This document shows, one piece after another, positions 57,857-64,000 of a DNA stretch of 64,000 nucleotides. The stretch spans positions 1,247,834 to 1,311,833 of the forward strand of contig MU004189.1 in the NCBI GenBank assembly GCA_010093605.1. The letters run 5' to 3'. The notes beneath the pieces were generated by a model. The model searched no databases. It saw only the letters and a list, made by a program, of their open reading frames with translations, and was not told where the DNA came from. Source of the stretch: Lophium mytilinum (Eukaryota). Numbering within the stretch: position 1 is the stretch's first letter; each line of letters opens with the position of its first letter. The position numbers and the translations under genes are program-made.

Positions 57857-59590
57857 CTATCCGTAGCAAAGCGTGATCGTCGTGACAAATATGAGCTCCC
57901 CGTTCTCCAGCTGCTTCTTAACCGCCACTTTCGTGCTCACACCGTTGCCAATGGACTTGTTGATCCGGTCAAGGCAGTCAAGAGATGCTCTTCGCCTTCT
58001 AGCGCATCGGACAGTGCTACTTTCGGAAGTCCTGGAAAGAGAACTTTGGGGAGCCTCGTAGGAAGAACCATCGTAACAGTCTAAGACGTCTTGGATATTC
58101 TCCTCTTCCCCTATCTCTGTTTCCATGTCCAACCACACGACACCGTCGAGAAGACCTGACACCACAACAAACCTGTTTCTAGGGTTTTCGTGCTCAGACA
58201 CAACGCCTCCCCACAACCAACGACCACCGAAATCAGGACTCAACGGAGATATATGGAGCTCGTGCGCCGCACACAACGAAAACATCCCGCTCGCAGGACC
58301 GCCCATCCCTGCGGTCCACCAATAGTACCTCTGAGCCCCTCCTAAGTTAAACTTACTGAGAGCCCTTGTCCAAGGGGGATTTCTGACGTAGATCTCTTGA
58401 GTCTGCAAGTCGGCAGGTAGGCGCATAACCACCAGATCTGGCATTTTTGGTATGCACAATCGAATGTAGTCGCCCGGCGGGGAAAGATCTTGCTGAAGCA
58501 AGATTATAACGCGCATATCGTCTTCGTTCTGGCAGTTTAGGAAGCCTATGACTGGCAATGGGATAGTACCTCCCCTGGTCAAATCGGGGGGAAAATGAAT
58601 ACGCAAATCATCCAGGACCGAGGAACTCAGCGCAAGAACAGGTAATTCGATGCGGAGGCCTTTGTTAGTCAGAGAGTATTCAGAATGCGAAGGGTTGTGA
58701 TAGTGTGTTACACCCCCACAGACGGCAAATTCAGCGGGGGAAGTGGCAAATGGTCCTCTGTATTGTTCCCATTCGCCGGTGTGAGAAGGGGCCCAGGCAA
58801 ATATGGATTGATCAGTGGACTCTTTTAATATCTCGCGCTGGAGCCGAGCAAAAGCATTCCTTCCTTCTCCGTATATCATCGGCATATGAACACCAAAGAG
58901 CCCAAGCAGGCTGTACGCAATATCTTCTACCCGCGTTGTTCGTCGGTTGGATGCCCATGACATGATCTGGGCAATGGTGTGTTTGGTCCGGTCAAACTTC
59001 AGAAGGGCCACGAGAGGAATCTTAGTGACATCGCTTATCAGCTCATTGAGGCTCCTTTTGGAACCGATATCCTCCCACGTCTTGTTGAAAAAAACCACGG
59101 TGGATGGCGCTAGAAGCTCTTGGAGAGTCCAACCTCTCGTGAACCATTTGCTCGTCTTGAACTGATTCGCAGAACTTTGGCGCTCCCTGAACCGTATGAT
59201 CTCCTTGAAGTTCCGGGGTTTCCAAGGATAGTAGAACTCTTCCAGTGAGACATCCGTGGGATATACATCTGCTAAGTATGCATAGCAAACGACAGCTTCT
59301 TCGTACCACCGGTACATCGAGTTGATGGCTTCCGAAAGCTCAGTGCTATTCGTCTTGTCGATGCAACATGTATCGATCCAGACGTATTGGAAACCGTCCG
59401 ACGCTGCTATCTCGCAGCACTTCCTGATCTTCGTGTGTCCCGCCAATTCGGGGACATTGTGTCGAGCCGTGGCAAGCGCTTGGAGAGACACCTCATCTTC
59501 TTCCCACGTATGCGAGAGAATGGCATATGGAGGGGTAGCGTCGCCGAAGAACTCTTTTAGCTGAAGAGTCGCTGTATCGAGGAGCCGCAT
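57857..59590 (-). CDS. HET-domain protein (HET-E-type N-terminal HET domain, no NACHT/WD40 visible)
   Basis: MRLLDT, PYAILSHTW, YVWIDTCCIDK, ELSEAINSMYRWY, SKWFTRGWTLQELLAP, RRTTRVEDIAYSLLGLF, IYGEG, DQSIFAW, TNKGLRI; ATG 59590. Confidence 0.93.
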   Translation of the reverse strand: MRLLDTATLQLKEFFGDATPPYAILSHTWEEDEVSLQALATARHNVPELAGHTKIRKCCEIAASDGFQYVWIDTCCIDKTNSTELSEAINSMYRWYEEAVVCYAYLADVYPTDVSLEEFYYPWKPRNFKEIIRFRERQSSANQFKTSKWFTRGWTLQELLAPSTVVFFNKTWEDIGSKRSLNELISDVTKIPLVALLKFDRTKHTIAQIMSWASNRRTTRVEDIAYSLLGLFGVHMPMIYGEGRNAFARLQREILKESTDQSIFAWAPSHTGEWEQYRGPFATSPAEFAVCGGVTHYHNPSHSEYSLTNKGLRIELPVLALSSSVLDDLRIHFPPDLTRGGTIPLPVIGFLNCQNEDDMRVIILLQQDLSPPGDYIRLCIPKMPDLVVMRLPADLQTQEIYVRNPPWTRALSKFNLGGAQRYYWWTAGMGGPASGMFSLCAAHELHISPLSPDFGGRWLWGGVVSEHENPRNRFVVVSGLLDGVVWLDMETEIGEEENIQDVLDCYDGSSYEAPQSSLSRTSESSTVRCARRRRASLDCLDRINKSIGNGVSTKVAVKKQLENGELIFVTTITLCYG

Positions 59591-60244
59591 CGTGACTCTT
59601 GAAGGATGTTTTAAGAAGTGACCAAAACGGTAGAAACGTGACACGGCCTCGGTCTGGTTTTGACCACGCAATAGCAACTGCAGGAGTGGGCTTCAGCACT
59701 GAAGAAATGAAGGAAGAACCCTACTGATTTTCAGCCTGCTGCAAGGATAACTGACGAGGCTGAAAGTAAGGTGTTCTCAGCCTTGCACGTGATAAGTATT
59801 GAATCTAAGCTACTATAATAGGTCGATCGAACAAATGTTGTCATTTTGAAGTACTACAGGGAATACCTCTGAAAAGCTTCCTCAGATGAAGTCTTTCAGA
59901 GATGCTCAGTCCATAGGCGTGGCGATTAGGTAGAAAACCGAGGACCGAACTAGGTAGGTATGGCTCAGCCATGGGACTGTGGCGCAGGACCGTGGCTCAC
60001 CGATTTTGTAAATCAGGCACCCGCACTTCGATCCTTGGGATGCAGCTTGGAAAATCCAGGATTCAGGCAGATGCCTGCACAGAGCGGTATATCAAGAGCT
60101 CCTCTCCTCCGTGTTACTTACAAGAAATTATCGATGAGGCATTATCCGATACTGACCACTGTCAACCCCCTTCCCCCCCCCCCCCCTAAAGCCTAGTTGA
60201 ACGGTTCCAATACACGCACACGGACACCTCTACTATCAGCCAAC

Positions 60245-61705
60245 ATGACCTCGTCCACCTACAATCTTTCCGCAGACCTGACTCTCATGATCCTCATGGA
60301 GCTGGAGTCGCCGACCGACCTTTACTCTTTCGTTCGGACCACCAAGCTCTTCTACCAGATCTTTCAAAATCACAAGGCTTCTGTCCTCTCAGCTGTCCTT
60401 CACAATGCCATCCATCCAGCGATCATGGAAGATTTTCTTCTTGCGAATCGCGCCTACTCAATTTGCAGCCTCTCTGCACGACGAGAATACATTGCAGATC
60501 TGCCTGGGCACTTTCGACGTCGCCTCAGGAACAAGGAGTACCGAAGCCGGCGGCTACAGCGCGTCAAGGGCTATCTAGAAGAAGATGAGTTACTGGAAAA
60601 TTTTCGCGACCTTGACACACTCTACTCCCTCTGCAACCTATGGACGCTGGTGAACGGCTTCATTGACGACTTCGCGGCAAGAGCACAAGCTAAACTTTTA
60701 GCATATTGCCTCCGCGGACCAGTAGCTCCTGGAAAGTCGGACCCGCTAGTCGAACAAATATCCTCCACTCCTCTCTCGCGACTTGAACGTGCCCGGCTGT
60801 TCCGCGCCTTCTGCCGATTCGAGGAGTACAGGCGTCTTTATGGTGGTCCAGATCACGTCTGTAAGCGCCTTGATTCTTGGCCGCTTGGAGAAAAATTGGT
60901 ACAGAAAGATTTCTTGGCACGCTATCAGCCATGGGAGCTTCTCGAGATGTTCAGCATCCACAACTATCTAATTAAGAGGATGACCGAGGTGGTGCATGAA
61001 GAGGAGGACACGCTATTCACAATGTTCGCAGAGAATGTTGAACGGGAAAGTGATGATACAAAGAAATTCACATCTCTGGAAAACTTGGAGCTGTATGACC
61101 TGGAAATGTTCGATGACAGGTACTTCCAAGACTGCCAGATCAAGTTTATGGTGGAGCTTGGACTTCCTTTCTTGAATCACATTGCCACCGCAGACTTTGG
61201 CCGGCGTTTGGTGGCCATGAAGTCTTTCACAAATGACACATGTACTCCTACGCTGGATGAAGTTCTGAAAAGGGCTTTAAATACGCATTGGGCGATGGAT
61301 AAAGCTCCAGATCAGGGAAGGTACGAAAAGGTTTTTAAGGCGCGCTTACGTCGAGAGAGCCCGGGATATCATTTCTTCTCCCCTTCTAGCCCAACGCGTT
61401 ACCCTCTGTTACAGGAAGCCGGCATAATCTTCTGGGATCAAACGAGACTGGACATAGCCCCTAGCGGGCTACTCGACGTCTTCAATCCATATGTTCCTCC
61501 GTGGAAACCGTTCAGAAACGGAGACATATACGTTTATGTAGACCGTAGTTCGCCCCCGCCCCAGCCCAAACCCGAGCGAAGGCCCACGATTGGGGAGAGA
61601 CTGCAGAGCAGAGTCCGCAGTGAAACTCTTCGACAGCTAGGCGAACTGGAGAGCTATCACTATGTTGATGAGATCATCACGTTTCTGGAAGATCTGGAGT
61701 ACTAG
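60245..61705 (+). CDS. Hypothetical ~486-aa protein with F-box-like N-terminus
   Basis: Long intronless ORF; LSADLTLMILMELESPTDLYSFV start; PLSRLERARLFRAFCRFE, PWELLEM and GIIFWD resemble a common fungal uncharacterised family. Confidence 0.75.
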   Translation: MTSSTYNLSADLTLMILMELESPTDLYSFVRTTKLFYQIFQNHKASVLSAVLHNAIHPAIMEDFLLANRAYSICSLSARREYIADLPGHFRRRLRNKEYRSRRLQRVKGYLEEDELLENFRDLDTLYSLCNLWTLVNGFIDDFAARAQAKLLAYCLRGPVAPGKSDPLVEQISSTPLSRLERARLFRAFCRFEEYRRLYGGPDHVCKRLDSWPLGEKLVQKDFLARYQPWELLEMFSIHNYLIKRMTEVVHEEEDTLFTMFAENVERESDDTKKFTSLENLELYDLEMFDDRYFQDCQIKFMVELGLPFLNHIATADFGRRLVAMKSFTNDTCTPTLDEVLKRALNTHWAMDKAPDQGRYEKVFKARLRRESPGYHFFSPSSPTRYPLLQEAGIIFWDQTRLDIAPSGLLDVFNPYVPPWKPFRNGDIYVYVDRSSPPPQPKPERRPTIGERLQSRVRSETLRQLGELESYHYVDEIITFLEDLEY

Positions 61706-62681
61706 TCCACCTACGAGCTCAACGTCGATTAATGCTGGCATTACTTGTTTCAACTAGTAACAGGTCACTCCAGTCGCGAACGGACCCTGCAAGGACAAAA
61801 GTCATCGAGACGCGAGCTCTCTGCACGCGATCCACGTCGATCAAGAACGTAGCTTAAAAGGGAGGCAGGTTAGCAAAATCATTCAGTGTTCTACTTAGGC
61901 GGTAGGATATGAATGGAACTTTTAGAATACCGACAGCAATCTCTACTCCGTTTTACCCCATTTCTACCTTCATAGAATGGATCACTTCAATCTCCCATGT
62001 CTTTTACTAATCGCTTCCAGACGCAATGCCTCTAGACGTAGGCCGGCACAGTGCCACCAAAGTCCCCTAAAGTCCCCTGAAGTCCACTGCGCGGAGCCAT
62101 TTCAGTCGTACGGCAAATCGCAATTCACAGCCCATCCAGCACATACAGTTCTAGGCTATACGTTTGCGCACACAAATAACACTGCTTAAGTGTCGCTTTT
62201 GCAAGCTAGACGCCACTACCAGGCGCGTCCAGCGTCCACATAGCGAGACTACCTCTTAGTCAAGAGGAAGCTCAGATTACGCTGGCTAAAATTTGACATG
62301 ACGCCTACGCTGTGGTCACCCAATGGAGGTATTTCTCGCATGCCCTCATCGCTGATATTCAATAGGATGGAAAATGGTGGCATTTAATTCCTGAAATCGC
62401 ATCCCTATGGGTATAGAACCCGAAGTGAACTAATTTAACATGTGAAGCTCGTCCGATGCGCAAAAAGATAGTGGAAATTCTATGATACGTAGGCCCAGAA
62501 GCACGTGGAATATGCAAATGATGTTGCGACATGCGACTGTTGGGTTCGCTGTGGGCAAATTAGACCTCGGTTTGGAAATAGCGACGACGAAGACGAAGGA
62601 GAGACGAGCAGCGCAAAATTTCTTTATGAGACTAATCCCAGCAGCACCCTCGCGTACCTAGTAGCAGTCAAAGTCGAGGAA

Positions 62682-62870
62682 CGTACGGCTATCCAGCCGG
62701 GTACGGCGATCGAGCCAGGTACGGCGAAGAATGTCCCTTCCAGGCTGAGGTACGACAAGTATGCGTTCAGCTATCTTTGGTCTTGCTTACTTGACACCAC
62801 TGTAAGGAGTACCCTAGCGCGCTAGGTAGCATGTGTTAGCCACGCTAGGTAACATGTATTAGCCTCGCTA
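62682..62870. repeat. Two short tandem repeats (18-bp gtacggc... x~2.5; 24-bp cgctaggtagcatgtgttagc.. x~2.5)
   Basis: Seen directly at ~62682-62727 and ~62813-62870. Confidence 0.5.
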
Positions 62871-63600
62871 AATAGTAGTGGTAATTTTCACTCTTATGCA
62901 TTGATGTTACTCTTTAACACTTAGATCGAGCAGATGGAGCACCCTGCTTCTGTGCTAATAAGATGTCTCCCTGCTCTGAACCTACTTTTACTTACTTCAT
63001 ATCACTGGGAGTAATACCCTAGGTCCTATATACCAGCTATGCTAAAACGCAGTCTGATATCCCCTACATTGATAATTCTACTATAACTGTCTGTTTTGCC
63101 AGATGGTCGCCTAGTGGAAACCCAATTTGCGTAATACTCCTCGCCTATTAACTGCTGAACCATATAGCGATTAGTCCTCTTGATTATCGGGGGATTACTT
63201 ATCGGGGTGAAACTTAGCTCCCAATTGCAGTGCTGAATTGGAGGTGGCACAAGCCCATAATTGCTAATCGGGGGCGCCTTACTAATCTGGTGGGAATAAG
63301 TACCAAGCCACTAGCTACTAACTACTATGATATAGTGTCTGTGCAGGCCTCGGGGAACTCGCACTTTGTAGGCACGGATATTCGACGGAAATAGGCCTTT
63401 ATCGCCGTAAACAAGGCTTGGCATACCAGAAGAATAGAGGGACTCGGTCTCCTCTATAACATTGAACACGCGAACAGTCACTAAAGATTCAAGGTCTCTT
63501 GTTTGGTAGGTCTGACTACTCGTAAACCATTCCAGCCTCTGTCCTTCTTGTCATCAGCATCGTCAATTTTCTTATGTCCGCTATGATCGGTTGAGGCGAG

Positions 63601-64000
63601 ATGCCCACTTCCGCAGAGATCGAAAATCAACAGCCCGGTGCTTTGGGCTCTTTACAGCGACCGAAGCGTCACCAGGTCGCCCGCGCTTGCGACTGGTGCC
63701 GGGCGTATCGGATCAAGTGTGACGCTAGATCTCCATGTCGCAATTGCGACTCCAGTGGTCGTCAATGCAGCAGCACTGGCGCGAACCAGATACGCACATT
63801 CGCTACTGCGACTAGGTATGTTGATGGTTGATCTAACCAGAACATGCACGGAACTCGGAACTCATGCTTGTATAGAGAAATTGAACGGCTGAAGTTGCAG
63901 ATACAAGAGCTTCAACTTCAAGTCACTTACCAGCACCCTACGGAGAAAGATGAAGGTTCCAGCCGACCATTAACACTGTCTAAATCTACTCGTTCTTTGC
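63601..64000 (+). CDS. Zn(II)2Cys6 transcription factor, 3' end outside window
   Basis: ACDWCRAYRIKCDARSPCRNCDSSGRQC; intron ~63816-63874, then coiled coil EIERLKLQIQEL. Confidence 0.9.

Noticed and set aside
63050..63284. Possible degenerate pogo/Fot1-like MITE (CAGT... start, repeated atcgggg near the right end)
   Set aside because: Terminal inverted match too weak and no clean TA duplication.
1..64000. Starship-type giant element or secondary-metabolite cluster
   Set aside because: No tyrosine-recombinase captain, transposase, PKS, NRPS or terpene cyclase seen; conserved housekeeping genes are interspersed.

Overview
Intron-containing genomic DNA from a filamentous ascomycete (Pezizomycotina; most introns are ~45-60 nt GT-AG with CTRAC/CTAAT branch sites). 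Conserved genes: 5-oxoprolinase (5'-truncated by the window), a ketopantoate-reductase-family gene, an ABCB/MDR transporter divergent from a Zn2Cys6 factor, GH131-CBM1 glucanase, SRC1/HEH1, RPL42 (eL42), an aquaglyceroporin and a second Zn2Cys6 factor at the right edge. Between them lies accessory-like DNA: three HET-domain genes (one split by a single in-frame TAG), a degraded NACHT-associated gene, BTB, ABM and C2H2 genes, tandem F-box-like paralogs, a small secreted Cys-rich protein, a hAT MITE and three copies of a Tc1/mariner MITE. Several genes are invisible or fragmented in the ORF track and were rebuilt by hand from splice sites. (1) A minus-strand locus of four C-x7-C-x10-C-x2-C/H modules, each closed by a phase-0 intron; a 4-nt choice of splice acceptor decides between two nearly abutting ORFs (TAG-AGAG-ATG) and one fused protein. 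(2) Two paralogous four-exon MGQKxS genes flanking the ABC-TF-HET block, one with a GC-AG intron. (3) A basic/acidic/coiled-coil gene with unusually long introns (147/147/144/127 nt). All calls come from reading the sequence; no database search was run and family names are from recall.
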